Positions 9,419 through 19,737 of a DNA stretch of 64,000 bases are shown here, one piece after another. Positions within the stretch are counted from its first letter, which is position 1, and the number at the start of each line of letters is the position of its first letter. This DNA is from an uncultured candidatus Porisulfidus sp. (lineage in GTDB: Bacteria; Pseudomonadota; Gammaproteobacteria; Poriferisulfidales; Oxydemutatoraceae): positions 1,216,001-1,280,000 of the forward strand of contig OZ244052.1 in the NCBI GenBank assembly GCA_965215125.1, in the 5' to 3' direction. The translations under genes were made by a program, and so were the position numbers. The notes beneath the pieces were generated by a model that made no database searches, had not been told where the DNA came from, and saw nothing but the letters and a program-made list of their open reading frames with translations.

Positions 9419-11752
9419 TTAACTACAGCTAAAACGCCTAAGCGATAACTGACTTCTCAAAGAAGTACAATAATTGCTACCGAGGTTGTTGTTATGCAAA
9501 AACAAATCCTGCAGATTAGTTAAACCGCTAAATATATCCGACGGCAAAGTGCTTAATCTGTTATTGGACAACCGTAAACTCTCTAGATTAGTTAAACCGC
9601 CAAAGATGCCCGACGGCAAACTTGTTAATGAATTACGCTCTAAAGATAATCTCTGCAGACTACTTAAACCACTAAAGATGTCTCCAGACAAAGGGTTTAA
9701 TGAATTCGTACTTAAAAGCAACACCTGCAGACCACTTAAATCGCTAAATAGGTCCTCCGGCAAAGGGTTTAGCCGGTTCATCCACAAAGCCAACCACTCC
9801 AGCTTAGTTAAACCGTTAAAGATGTCTGCCGGCAAAGTGCTTAATGAATTCTGGTTCAGATGCAATCTCTGCAAACTACTTAAACCGCTAAAGGTGCCCG
9901 ACGACAATTCACTTAATTTGTTATCTGCCAAATCTAACTCTTGCAGACTAGTTAAACCGCTAAAGATATCCGATGGTAGTGTGTTCAATTCGTTTCCGAT
10001 CAGTTCCAACCACTCTAACTTAGTTAAACCGCTAAAGATATCCGACGGCAACGTGTTCAATTTGTTAAAATCCAAATCCAACCGTTGCAGATTAGTTAGA
10101 CCGCTAAAAGTGCCCGGCAACAACTCACTTAGTTCGCTGCCTCGCAAATCCAACCACTCTAGCTTAGTTAAACCGCTAAAGATGTCTGCCGGCAAAGTGT
10201 TTAATGAATTCTCGTCCAGGTGCAACCTCCGTAGCTCAGTTAAACCGCTAAAGATATCTACCGGCAAAGTGCTCAATGAATTCCTGTCTAAATGCAACCT
10301 CCGCAAACTACTTAAACCACTAAAGGCATCCGACGACAGCATACTTAATGAATTACTTTGCAAGTGCAACTCTTGCAGACCGGTTAAAACACTAAAAGTA
10401 CCCGTCGACAACGTGTTTAATCCGTTATCATCCAAAATCAACACCTGTAGCCTAGTTAAGCCGTTAAAGATGTCCGTTGACAGCGTGCTTAATGAATTAC
10501 TGCCTAAATCCAACCACCTTAAATCCGTTAAAATGCTGAAGGTGTTGGACGACAAGGTATCTAATTTGTTCTCGTTTAAATTTAATGTCTGCAGACTATC
10601 TAAACCGCTAAAAGTACCCGTTGACAACATATTTAATCCGTTATCATACAAAAGCAACACCTGTAGCCTAGTTAAGCCGTTAAAGACGCCCGTCGACAGC
10701 ATGCTTAATGAATTACTGCCTAAATCCAACCACCTTAAATCCGTTAAAATGCTAAAGGTGCTGGACGACAAGGTATTTAATTTGTTCTCGTTTAAATTTA
10801 ATGTCTGCAGACTATCTAAACCGCTAAAAGCATTCGTTGATAGCCCGCTTAATCCGTTTTGGCGTAAATCTAACTGTTGCAGATTAGTTAAATCGCTAAA
10901 AATACTCGGCTGCAGCCTGCTTAATCCGTTTTGGCGTAAATCTAACTGTTGCAGATTAGTTAAATCGCTAAAGATGCCCGGCTGAAGTCTGCTTAATCCG
11001 TTTTGGTGCAAATCTAACTGTTGCAGATTAGTTAAATCGCTAAAAATATCCCCTGGTAAGGTGCCTAATGAATTCCTGCTCAAATTCAACTCTTGCAAGC
11101 TATCTAAACCGTTAAAGACACTCGGCTGAAGCCTGCTTAATCCATTTAAACTCAAATTCAACTGTTCTAGTTTAGTTAAACCGCTAAAGATATCGTCTGG
11201 TAAGGTGTCCAATGAATTCTCGCTCAAATTCAATCTTTGTAGACTAATTAAACTGCTAAAAGTACGCGACGACACTGTTCTTAATCCGTTCCGCAACAAA
11301 TCCAACTGTTTCAGATTAGCTAAACCTTCAAAGATATTTTCCGGCAATTCCAATTCGTTTCCTCCGAAGAGACTAAACAAATTCAACCTTTGCAGATTAG
11401 TTAAATCACTAAAATCGCCCTCTGATAAAGAATCAAGGGAAAAATAAGCAAGCTGTAGCGTTGTAATTGAAGCAAGGTCTTCTTGACTAATCTCCCCACA
11501 GTCATTATTGTTAACGAGTCCTTGGATTCTTTCCCGCACCAGCTGTGTTCTATCACATACGCTCACTATCGGGGGTGTCGATGTCACCGTGCTTCCGGTA
11601 CTTGTCAGCAGACCTTCGGGGAATACTCGTATCTGTAATTGGATATTTTGTGGTTGCAGAGTCTGTGAAACACCGGTAACCGGCAAGCAACACAGAACAG
11701 ATATTACAACTGCCCGATGCATGAATCGATAGTTAGATAAATCCGGAATCAT
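9419..11752 (-). CDS. Secreted leucine-rich-repeat protein with ~28 typical-class 24-aa repeats (eukaryote-like)
   Basis: LxxLxLxxNxLxxLPxxIFxGL consensus; signal-like N-terminus; Cys-containing caps (VCDRT...DC; YC...SCS). Confidence 0.93.
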   Translation of the reverse strand: MIPDLSNYRFMHRAVVISVLCCLPVTGVSQTLQPQNIQLQIRVFPEGLLTSTGSTVTSTPPIVSVCDRTQLVRERIQGLVNNNDCGEISQEDLASITTLQLAYFSLDSLSEGDFSDLTNLQRLNLFSLFGGNELELPENIFEGLANLKQLDLLRNGLRTVSSRTFSSLISLQRLNLSENSLDTLPDDIFSGLTKLEQLNLSLNGLSRLQPSVFNGLDSLQELNLSRNSLGTLPGDIFSDLTNLQQLDLHQNGLSRLQPGIFSDLTNLQQLDLRQNGLSRLQPSIFSDLTNLQQLDLRQNGLSGLSTNAFSGLDSLQTLNLNENKLNTLSSSTFSILTDLRWLDLGSNSLSMLSTGVFNGLTRLQVLLLYDNGLNMLSTGTFSGLDSLQTLNLNENKLDTLSSNTFSILTDLRWLDLGSNSLSTLSTDIFNGLTRLQVLILDDNGLNTLSTGTFSVLTGLQELHLQSNSLSMLSSDAFSGLSSLRRLHLDRNSLSTLPVDIFSGLTELRRLHLDENSLNTLPADIFSGLTKLEWLDLRGSELSELLPGTFSGLTNLQRLDLDFNKLNTLPSDIFSGLTKLEWLELIGNELNTLPSDIFSGLTSLQELDLADNKLSELSSGTFSGLSSLQRLHLNQNSLSTLPADIFNGLTKLEWLALWMNRLNPLPEDLFSDLSGLQVLLLSTNSLNPLSGDIFSGLSSLQRLSLERNSLTSLPSGIFGGLTNLESLRLSNNRLSTLPSDIFSGLTNLQDLFLHNNNLGSNYCTSLRSQLSLRRFSCS

Positions 11753-11891
11753 TGCCTTTTCAGCATCATATCATAAAGTATCGGGCAAAATCACAAGTAG
11801 ACTGAAGCGTATTTACAAATCCATAAAAGTTTATCATAAACGCTTCAAAAGAATGATAGGGACGGGCTATCCTAACCACCGACTTTCGTCT

Positions 11892-12794
11892 TCAGGTTAT
11901 CTTGTCTAAGATATTATCCAGTCCATCAAGCGAGGTATAATAAATCACCAGCGAGCCGTTGCCGGTCTTTTTGCTATATTTCACCTTAACCGTAGTGCCC
12001 AAATGTTCCGACAGGTGGCGTTCCAGTTGTGCGATATCGGTATCGTCGCGAGGTTTTTTCTTTTTGCTTGTCTTTTTTTTCTTTTTCTTATCCAAAAGTT
12101 TTCTCACATACTCTTCGACCTCTCGCACGCTCATGTTTCGCCCTATGATGAGGCGAGCGGTGTCGGTTTGTTCGGTTTTATTCAACGCAAGCAGGGTGCG
12201 CGCATGTGCCATCTCCAAGCGACCTTCGGTCAGCCAATCGCGGACTTCGGGTGCAAGTTCCAAGAGCCGTAGCAGGTTAGAAACCGCAGGGCGCGAGCGT
12301 CCTATTGCGGTTGCCGCCTGTTCGTGGGTCATATCAAACTTTAGTATTAGCTGTTTGATTGCCATTGCCTCTTCTATCGCGCTTAAGTCGTCGCGTTGTA
12401 TGTTTTCTACGAGTGCTATGGCGGCGGCAGTATTCTCATCGACTTTTTTTATTATCGCAGGAATTTTCCTAAGGCCGGCCAACTGTGCGGCGCGCCACCG
12501 GCGTTCTCCGGCGATGAGTTCATAACGACCGTCGGTATCGTTTTGGGTGCGTAGCACGATAGGTTGTAGCAATCCCTGATGTTTTATTGATTCTGCAAGT
12601 TCGCGCAAGGAATTCTCGTCAATGTTTTTGCGCGGTTGATAGCGGCTCGGCTGTATTTGATCGGGTTCTATATGCAAAATCTGCTCGCCGTGTTCGGTGT
12701 TCGTCTCGGCATCCATACGCATCGTCAACAATGCATCCACACCCAGAGAACCCAATCCTCGTCGTTTTTTGGTTTGTGTTTTCTTTTTATTCAC
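11892..12794 (-). CDS. parB: ParB chromosome partitioning protein
   Basis: YQPRK, IAGERRWRAA, ENIQRDDL, SRPAVSNLLRLL. Confidence 0.96.
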   Translation of the reverse strand: MNKKKTQTKKRRGLGSLGVDALLTMRMDAETNTEHGEQILHIEPDQIQPSRYQPRKNIDENSLRELAESIKHQGLLQPIVLRTQNDTDGRYELIAGERRWRAAQLAGLRKIPAIIKKVDENTAAAIALVENIQRDDLSAIEEAMAIKQLILKFDMTHEQAATAIGRSRPAVSNLLRLLELAPEVRDWLTEGRLEMAHARTLLALNKTEQTDTARLIIGRNMSVREVEEYVRKLLDKKKKKKTSKKKKPRDDTDIAQLERHLSEHLGTTVKVKYSKKTGNGSLVIYYTSLDGLDNILDKIT

Positions 12795-12835
12795 TGTTGT
12801 TCGCTGCGGTTAAATAATTTACGGGAACGAATATT

Positions 12836-13612
12836 TTAGCTTACCTTCGCCTCGGCTTTTTGTCGTCTCAATATCTCGCCGACGAGTTCCACATAAGCGA
12901 CGGCACCTTTAGAGGTTTTATCGTATTGTATGATGGATAGTCCGTGGCTAGGTGCTTCGGCAAGGGTTACATTACGCGGGATAACGGTATGGTAGAGTTC
13001 TTTTTCGAAGAAAACGCTGAGTTGTTCGGACACATCGCGGGCGAGGTTGTTGCGCGGGTCATACATCGTTCGCAATACGCCTTCTATACGCAACCGAGGG
13101 TTGACAGTTTGGCGTATACGCTCTATGGTTTCAACCAAAGCGGAGAGACCTTCCAAAGCGTAGTACTCGCATTGTATCGGAATGATTACACCCTCGGCGG
13201 CGACCAACGCATTCATCGTCAGTGTATTCAGTGTCGGCGGGCAGTCCAGCAAAACATAGTCGTAGTGGTCGGTTTGTTGTAAGGTATCTCGTAAGTAAAA
13301 GCTACTGTTCTCCTGCCGTGTCATATTGACTTCGGTGACGGTTAGTGTCGAGTTTGCACCGACCAAATCATAGCCTGCGGTATCGCACGAATTGATGCAG
13401 TCTATAAGCGGTGTGCCTTCCAGCAAATTCGCGGTCGTTGCGGTTAGTTCATTTTTGTCGGCGTTGCTACCGGATGTTGCGTTGCCTTGCGGATCCATGT
13501 CTATCAATAGCACGCGCCGTTTGGCAGCCGCCAATCCCGCTGCTAAATTCACGCTGGTTGTGGTTTTGCCGACACCGCCTTTTTGGTTGGTTATTGCATA
13601 GATGGTTGTCAT
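12836..13612 (-). CDS. parA: ParA/Soj ATPase
   Basis: NQKGGVGKTT, DPQGN, DCPP, CEYYALEG, LAEAPSHG. Confidence 0.96.
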   Translation of the reverse strand: MTTIYAITNQKGGVGKTTTSVNLAAGLAAAKRRVLLIDMDPQGNATSGSNADKNELTATTANLLEGTPLIDCINSCDTAGYDLVGANSTLTVTEVNMTRQENSSFYLRDTLQQTDHYDYVLLDCPPTLNTLTMNALVAAEGVIIPIQCEYYALEGLSALVETIERIRQTVNPRLRIEGVLRTMYDPRNNLARDVSEQLSVFFEKELYHTVIPRNVTLAEAPSHGLSIIQYDKTSKGAVAYVELVGEILRRQKAEAKVS

Positions 13613-13624
13613 TTTTCTATCGGT

Positions 13625-14254
13625 CTAGTATCTCATAAGAACTAAGTTTTGAGTTTCGTCTTCCCCGGTATTGAGCTTTTTCAGGCTATGCCTTAGCCCC
13701 GAATCGCTTGCGGTATCATGGAATTGTTGAAGCTCTTTGGGACTTATTTTACCCTTGAATGTGAGCCAGCAGGTTTGTTTATGTCCTAGATGCAGGGTTA
13801 TAGAGATAAATCGGTCTAAGCTGCTCAGGGCACGGCTGATTATCGTGTCAAATTTAACTGCGGTTGTAAAATTTTCCGCTCGCACTTGTTTCACCTCTAT
13901 GTTAGGAAGTGCTAAAGACACTCGGCAATGTTCTAAGAAACGGGTTTTTTTACCGTTGCCGTCGATCAGCGTATAGCGGTATTGTGGTGCGAAGATTGCC
14001 AACGGGATACCCGGCACACCACTGCCGCTACCCACATCCAATACGGTGTTGCCGTGCAGATAGGGGATCGCCGCAAGACTACCGATTACCAAGCGACGAA
14101 TGATTTGCTCGGTTTCGTTTATTGCCGTCAGGTTGTATGTTTGGTTCCATTTTTGTAGTAATTCAATCCACCGAAGTATCTTTTTTAATTCCCGGTCGGT
14201 TGCACTAATACCGAGGCTGGAACATTGCCGATGCAGTAGTTTTGTATATTCCAA
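13625..14254 (-). CDS. rsmG: 16S rRNA m7G527 methyltransferase
   Basis: KWNQTYNLTA, LDVGSGSGVPG, ISRA; position between mnmG and parA. Confidence 0.92.
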   Translation of the reverse strand: MEYTKLLHRQCSSLGISATDRELKKILRWIELLQKWNQTYNLTAINETEQIIRRLVIGSLAAIPYLHGNTVLDVGSGSGVPGIPLAIFAPQYRYTLIDGNGKKTRFLEHCRVSLALPNIEVKQVRAENFTTAVKFDTIISRALSSLDRFISITLHLGHKQTCWLTFKGKISPKELQQFHDTASDSGLRHSLKKLNTGEDETQNLVLMRY

Positions 14255-14255
14255 A

Positions 14256-14738
14256 TTATTGTCCGGCGGCTTGTGCCAAGTCTTTCAACAAAGTTTCGGT
14301 GTCGCGGAATTGTTTGTTATGTTCAAGCAGATTATGCCGTTTTTGCATCGCTTCCGCCGAGCTGTAGCTAATCCAAACAACGCCGCCGCGGTCTTCCCAA
14401 ACCAATAGTTTGAGCGGCAAATCAAGACCGATGAGCGGATTCGCTTGCATCAATTCGGTGCCGACGGCAGAGTTGCCGAATACGAGTAGTTGGGTAGGCA
14501 GTAGTGCCATGCCCGCGTCGGCGGCGTTTTGTGCGTGGTCTATCACCCCGAATACTCTGAGTTCGTTGTGTTCTGCGATGCGCTTGGCGCGTTCTACGGT
14601 TAGTTCGACGCTATGTTTGCTTTTTATATGCCGTGTGTGTTCCGACTCTATGCGGGTTTGTGCGTCCGCCGCCGGTATAAACCCGAGCAACAGTAAGCCT
14701 AATATCAAATTAGGCACTATGCCGATAACCGAAATCAT
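14256..14738 (-). CDS. DUF302 family exported protein
   Basis: Signal peptide; [24 protein letters not shown]. Confidence 0.85.
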   Translation of the reverse strand: MISVIGIVPNLILGLLLLGFIPAADAQTRIESEHTRHIKSKHSVELTVERAKRIAEHNELRVFGVIDHAQNAADAGMALLPTQLLVFGNSAVGTELMQANPLIGLDLPLKLLVWEDRGGVVWISYSSAEAMQKRHNLLEHNKQFRDTETLLKDLAQAAGQ

Positions 14739-16584
14739 ATTTTTTCAAATAAATACGCAATAGGGACAAAGAAGCCGGCGTCATGCCCGGTATGCGTTCC
14801 GCTTGTCCCAAGGATGTGGGTTTGGATTCGTTGAGTTTGTCGCGCAATTCATTTGATAGACCGATGACTTTAGAATAATCAAAACTTTCGGGGATTTGTT
14901 GCGAGCGCGCCTGTGCAAGTCGATCTATTTCGTCTTGTTGGCGCGTCAAGTAGCCGCTGTATTTCGCCTGTATCTCTATTTGCGAGACAACCTGCTCGTC
15001 GGTAGCCGGCCGGTGGACATTCGAAACGCCGACGAGGTCTCGGTAACAGACTTCGGGTCTTTTAAGCAATTCTGCGGCACTGCATGCTTGCTTAAGTTCT
15101 ATGCCCAGTTGCCGACCTTGTTCGGTATTGATAGACAGGGTTTCCAGTTTTGCTTGTTCAGCCGCTATCTGTTGACTTTTATGTTCAAATAATCGCCAGC
15201 GTTCGTCGCCGACTAAGCCGAGTTTTCTACCTTGTTCGCAAAGCCGTAAATCGGCATTGTCTTGACGCAAAGACAATCTATATTCGGCACGGCTTGTAAA
15301 CATCCGATAAGGTTCGTCGGTGCCGTAGACGGTCAGGTCGTCTATCAGCACGCCGATATAGGCTTGTTCGCGTGTCGGATGCCATAATGTTTGGCCTTGT
15401 GCTTTGCGGGCTGCGTTGAGCCCGGCGATCAAACCTTGTGCTGCAGCTTCCTCGTAGCCGGTTGTGCCGTTGATTTGTCCGGCAAAAAACAAACCTTCTA
15501 TGGTTTGGGTTTCAAGTGATGCATCCAAGTCGCGAGGATCCATATAATCGTATTCAATCGCATAAGCCGGGCGTGTGATGTGTGCGTTTTCAAAACCCCT
15601 GATAGAGCGCACCATCGCAAGCTGCACATCAAAGTCCAAGCAGGTGGAAATCCCATTCGGATAAATCTCGCCGCTATCCAAACCTTCGGGTTCTATAAAA
15701 ATCTGATGAGATGTTTTGTCGGCGAAGCGGACGACCTTGTCCTCTATGGACGGACAGTAGCGCGGTCCGGTGGAACGAATGGTACCATTGTAGATCGGCG
15801 AACGATGCAGTGCCGAGCGTATAATCTCGTGGGTCTTTTCGTTTGTACGAGTTATAAAACATTCGCGTTGCGGCGGATGATCCGTTCGGCTTGCCAGGTA
15901 AGAGAATACCGGCTGTGGTGTGTCGCTGTGTTGTGCCGTGAGTTTGGAAAAGTCTATGGTGTTTTTAGCGATGCGCGGCGGTGTGCCGGTCTTCAATCGT
16001 CCCACGCGTAGCGGCAATGCGCGCAGCCTTTCGGCGAGTGCATTCGCCGGTGCCTCGCCCGCTCGTCCACCCTGATAATTGTGCGTACCGATATGTATGT
16101 GTCCACCCAAGAAAGTGCCGGTGGTTAAAACGACGGTACTTGCACGAAAGCGAAGCCCCATTTGTGTAATTACTCCTTGAATATGGTCTTTATCGACGAT
16201 TAGATCGGCGACCGTTTGCTGAAATATATAGATGTTGGGGTATTGTTCCAGCATCTTCCGCATTGCCGTTTTGTATAGCTGGCGGTCTGCTTGCGCTCGT
16301 ATCGCTTGTACTGCAGGTCCCTTGCTTGCATTCAGCATTCGAAAATGGATGCCCGAAAGGTCGGCGCATCGCGCCATCAATCCGTCGAGTGCGTCGATCT
16401 CGCGTACTAAATGGCTTTTCCCGATGCCACCGATGGCGGGATTACAACTCATTTGCCCGATGGTGTCTATGTTTTGTGTCAGTAGTAGCACCGCCGCCCC
16501 GGTACGCGCCGCACCTGCCGCCGCCTCACAGCCGGCATGCCCACCGCCGATAACAATGACATCATATATTCGTTGGTATTCCAT
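14710..16584 (-). CDS. mnmG: tRNA uridine 5-carboxymethylaminomethyl modification enzyme
   Basis: [45 protein letters not shown]. Confidence 0.98.
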   Translation of the reverse strand: MEYQRIYDVIVIGGGHAGCEAAAGAARTGAAVLLLTQNIDTIGQMSCNPAIGGIGKSHLVREIDALDGLMARCADLSGIHFRMLNASKGPAVQAIRAQADRQLYKTAMRKMLEQYPNIYIFQQTVADLIVDKDHIQGVITQMGLRFRASTVVLTTGTFLGGHIHIGTHNYQGGRAGEAPANALAERLRALPLRVGRLKTGTPPRIAKNTIDFSKLTAQHSDTPQPVFSYLASRTDHPPQRECFITRTNEKTHEIIRSALHRSPIYNGTIRSTGPRYCPSIEDKVVRFADKTSHQIFIEPEGLDSGEIYPNGISTCLDFDVQLAMVRSIRGFENAHITRPAYAIEYDYMDPRDLDASLETQTIEGLFFAGQINGTTGYEEAAAQGLIAGLNAARKAQGQTLWHPTREQAYIGVLIDDLTVYGTDEPYRMFTSRAEYRLSLRQDNADLRLCEQGRKLGLVGDERWRLFEHKSQQIAAEQAKLETLSINTEQGRQLGIELKQACSAAELLKRPEVCYRDLVGVSNVHRPATDEQVVSQIEIQAKYSGYLTRQQDEIDRLAQARSQQIPESFDYSKVIGLSNELRDKLNESKPTSLGQAERIPGMTPASLSLLRIYLKKYDFGYRHSA

Positions 16585-16606
16585 TATCGGGTCTGCCTCC
16601 GCCGAT

Positions 16607-17467
16607 TTATGTTTCTATCGCTTTTCTGAGTTTTTGTAGGGCTTGGTTTTCAATTTGGCGGATGCGTTCAGCCGAAACTTTGTATTGATCCGCCAGCGTG
16701 TGCAAGGTTGCTTTTTTATCGGATAACCAGCGTGCTTTTAAGATGGCAAGACTACGCTCGTCCAAGGTTTTTAGTGCCTCGTCCAGTTTTTGGCGGTTAT
16801 AGGTGCTTGCTTGTACATTTTCAAAATGTTCCGCCGGGTCTGTTTCTCGTTCGTCGGTCAAGTAAGCGATGGGTGAAAAAGTTGCTTCCTCGTATGCATC
16901 CGGCATCGGGTCTATGCTCACTTCGGATTGCCCCATGCGCTTTTCCATTTCGGTGACTTCTTTAGCTTTAACGCCGAGTTGACTTGCAATCTCTTCAACC
17001 TCTTGTTGGTTCATCCAACCTAATCTTTTTTTGGAACTTCTAAGATTGAAGAAAAGTTTGCGCTGTGCTTTGGTTGTGGCAACTTTGACGATGCGCCAAT
17101 TCTTAATGATAAACTCGTGAATTTCGGCGCGAATCCAATGCACTGCAAAAGAAACCAAGCGCACGCCGATGGCAGGGTCAAAACGTTGTATCGCCTTCAA
17201 TAATCCGATGTTGCCTTCTTGTATTAAATCGCCTAGTGCCAGTCCGTATCCGCTGTAGCCACGCGCGATTTGTATAACAAAGCGTAGGTTATGCATTGCT
17301 AATTTGCGTGCCGCTTCTACATCGTTTTCTTGATTATAGAGGCGCGCAAGCCGCTGCTCCTCTTCGGCATCCAATACCGGGATGCCGTACGCAGCACTGA
17401 TGTAAGCATTCAGACTGCCTACCGGCACCATCGCCGTATCCTTGGTTTTGACTAAGTTTTTTCCCAT
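16607..17467 (-). CDS. rpoH: RNA polymerase sigma-32
   Basis: RpoH box QRKLFFNLR; [10 protein letters not shown]; SAERIRQIE. Confidence 0.96.
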   Translation of the reverse strand: MGKNLVKTKDTAMVPVGSLNAYISAAYGIPVLDAEEEQRLARLYNQENDVEAARKLAMHNLRFVIQIARGYSGYGLALGDLIQEGNIGLLKAIQRFDPAIGVRLVSFAVHWIRAEIHEFIIKNWRIVKVATTKAQRKLFFNLRSSKKRLGWMNQQEVEEIASQLGVKAKEVTEMEKRMGQSEVSIDPMPDAYEEATFSPIAYLTDERETDPAEHFENVQASTYNRQKLDEALKTLDERSLAILKARWLSDKKATLHTLADQYKVSAERIRQIENQALQKLRKAIET

Positions 17468-17571
17468 ATCGTTAGTAGCGGTAGTATAACAAGTCACCTA
17501 GAAACTGAAACCTTTTGTATCCGTTTCCGTGCATGGTCGTATATTGTACATTTATTCGGTGTATTTGCCGA

Positions 17572-18015
17572 TTATGCAGATGTTAGTTTTGCTTTGACGA
17601 TGCGACCGACCGCCGATGGGTCTGCGCTACCGCGGGCTTGTGCTTTTATCTCTGCCATCACTTTAGACATGTCCCTGATACCGGTAGCTCCGGTCTTGTT
17701 AATCGCTTGGTCTATCAAAGTTTCAAGCTCGGTTTCGTCGAGCTGTTTCGGCATATAACTTGTAATGACTTCTAGTTCAAAGTTCTCTTTTTCTTGTAAA
17801 TCGGTGCGGCCTGCATCGGCAAATTGTTTTATAGACTCACGCCGTTGCTTTGCCATTTTACCGAGCGTATCTAGAATGCCGTTTTCATCGAGTGCCGTGC
17901 GAGAGTCTATTTCTATACGTTTTATTTCGGATAGTATCAAACGCAATACCGCTAAGCGAGGCTTATCCCCACTTTTCATTGCTATTTTGGCATCGTCCTC
18001 AATACGATGTTTCAT
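17572..18015 (-). CDS. GatB/YqeY domain protein
   Basis: AMKSGDK, KQRRESI..F, YMPKQL; follows rpsU. Confidence 0.92.
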   Translation of the reverse strand: MKHRIEDDAKIAMKSGDKPRLAVLRLILSEIKRIEIDSRTALDENGILDTLGKMAKQRRESIKQFADAGRTDLQEKENFELEVITSYMPKQLDETELETLIDQAINKTGATGIRDMSKVMAEIKAQARGSADPSAVGRIVKAKLTSA

Positions 18016-18026
18016 GGATTGGTGAA

Positions 18027-18242
18027 TTAGTATAAACGGGTACGTTTAGACCTAATTTTGAAAGTATGTCTGCTCTGCCGCTTTTTTGCCAAAATAGACT
18101 TTCGGCGGCGCACCGTGGTTGGTTTTTCATAGAACTCTCGGAAACGGATTTCCGTTAAAATACCGGCTTTTTCGCAGGTACGCCTAAAGCGTCTGATGGC
18201 GATATCCAGTGGTTCATTCTCTTTTATTCGTACTGTAGGCAT
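18027..18242 (-). CDS. rpsU: 30S ribosomal protein S21
   Basis: [30 protein letters not shown]. Confidence 0.96.
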   Translation of the reverse strand: MPTVRIKENEPLDIAIRRFRRTCEKAGILTEIRFREFYEKPTTVRRRKSILAKKRQSRHTFKIRSKRTRLY

Positions 18243-18347
18243 TAAGTTTGTTTCCGGTTGAATGGTGAATTATACAGCCCTAGCCAAGAATTTGCAATGT
18301 TTTGCTATGCGTTGTCATCACCCGGTTGAAATGTGCGGTTATTGAGT

Positions 18348-18412
18348 CGCCGATTGTAACTGCAATAAACGGCAGTTCTATTGCGCCTGCCACCCCTCCA
18401 CAGGGGGGGAAT
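18348..18412. repeat. REP-like dispersed repeat, copy 4
   Basis: GTTCTATTGCGCCTGCCACCCCTCC identical to 1514-1538. Confidence 0.8.
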
Positions 18413-18481
18413 GGTGCGTCTCTACACATGTTGCTCATATTGCATCTGTGTACAATGTTGGGCAGGTTTGATAAGAAAAAA

Positions 18482-18557
18482 TGGAGCGGGAGACGGGGTT
18501 CGAACCCGCGACCTCAACCTTGGCAAGGTTGCGCTCTACCAGCTGAGCTACTCCCGC
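18482..18557 (-). tRNA. tRNA-Gly(GCC)
   Basis: GCGGGAGTAGCTCAG...CTTGCCAAG...GTTCGAACC...CTCCA cloverleaf with encoded CCA. Confidence 0.97.
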
Positions 18558-18610
18558 GTTTGGCACTTTATTTTCTAACAACCGGATATTATAGTCAATT
18601 CCTTCTCATT

Positions 18611-19684
18611 TTATATCAGCGTCGTTGCCGTTGAACTGACCGAGCATAATAATTCGTAGGGAATAGTGGAAGCATGTTCGGCAACTTCGTCTACCGATAT
18701 ATGTTCTCCCCACAATTCTGCGTTATCGCCCACCGATATATCTGCGCCCGTAGCGTCCACCGTGATCATATCCATTGATACATGTCCGGCGATATAACAT
18801 CGTTTGTCCGATAACCAAACGGGTGTCCCCGATGCTGCATGCCATGGATAGCCGTCGCCGTAACCGGTCCCGATGATTGCGGCGTGGGTTTTTTTTGTGC
18901 ATATATATTCGCCGTTGTAACCCAAGCGATCTCCTTTATTAAAGTTGCGTATAGCGATAACCGGGGCTGTTAAGCGCATCACCGGTTTTAATTTTTTTCT
19001 GTGCTTAAGTAGAGTGTTTTTAGCTGTCACTCCGTAGACGCTAAGTCCTACCCTGACCCAATCTTTATGAGATTCAGGTAGGCTTAAGGTTGCGGCGGAG
19101 TTGGCGATGGATGCCTGCATACCTTCTTTTTCGTGATAAGCACAGAGTTCTTCAAATTTTTGTAATTGCATGCGAGTCAGTACTTCATCGCCATCGGCGC
19201 AACAAAAGTGCGACATAAGTACCGGTGGAGCGGCGAGACCCCGAAGGTTTAGTAATGCCGGTATTATCGTTTTATGTTCGGCCCAATCAAAGCCCAAACG
19301 GTGCATGCCGGTGTCGAACTTAACCCAGAACGTAAGTCCTCGGCAGTTGCTTTGTTGCAAGCCGTCTATTTGGCGTTGACAATGTATGACGAGTGTCAAG
19401 TTATAGTTGCGCGCCAGTTCTATATCCTGCAGTTCGTGCCCGCCTTGCAGCACGATGATTTTTTGGATAACGCCTGCTCGGCGTAGTGCGATGCCCTCGC
19501 TAACACAAGCAACCGCAAAACCGTCGGCATTCTCCAGTGCTTTTGCAACTCTCAGCAAACCGTGTCCGTAAGCCTCCGATTTTATTACCGTAATGACTTT
19601 GGCGGGAGTACAAAGCTTCTGCAAATAATCATAATTGTTTTTGAGTGCGTGAATATCTAGATGTTTGTTAAGAGAACGAATCAT
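18611..19684 (-). CDS. alr: Alanine racemase
   Basis: VIKSEAYGHG, KFDTGMHRLG, GYGDGY, VSMDM. Confidence 0.95.
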   Translation of the reverse strand: MIRSLNKHLDIHALKNNYDYLQKLCTPAKVITVIKSEAYGHGLLRVAKALENADGFAVACVSEGIALRRAGVIQKIIVLQGGHELQDIELARNYNLTLVIHCQRQIDGLQQSNCRGLTFWVKFDTGMHRLGFDWAEHKTIIPALLNLRGLAAPPVLMSHFCCADGDEVLTRMQLQKFEELCAYHEKEGMQASIANSAATLSLPESHKDWVRVGLSVYGVTAKNTLLKHRKKLKPVMRLTAPVIAIRNFNKGDRLGYNGEYICTKKTHAAIIGTGYGDGYPWHAASGTPVWLSDKRCYIAGHVSMDMITVDATGADISVGDNAELWGEHISVDEVAEHASTIPYELLCSVSSTATTLI

Positions 19685-19737
19685 GACAATAAAAGAAAGA
19701 GACGATAGAGTGAGTTAAAAATAAAAATGAAAACCGC

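Noticed and set aside
9474-10985. 503-aa plus-strand ORF with repeats
   Set aside because: Antisense shadow of the LRR gene; the periodic codon usage keeps the frame open.
10430-11050. Regularly spaced DNA repeats resembling a CRISPR array
   Set aside because: They are 72-bp coding LRR units with no unique spacers, and there are no cas genes.
11753-11891. Possible oriC near mnmG-parAB
   Set aside because: AT-rich but I found no DnaA-box cluster here or upstream of mnmG.
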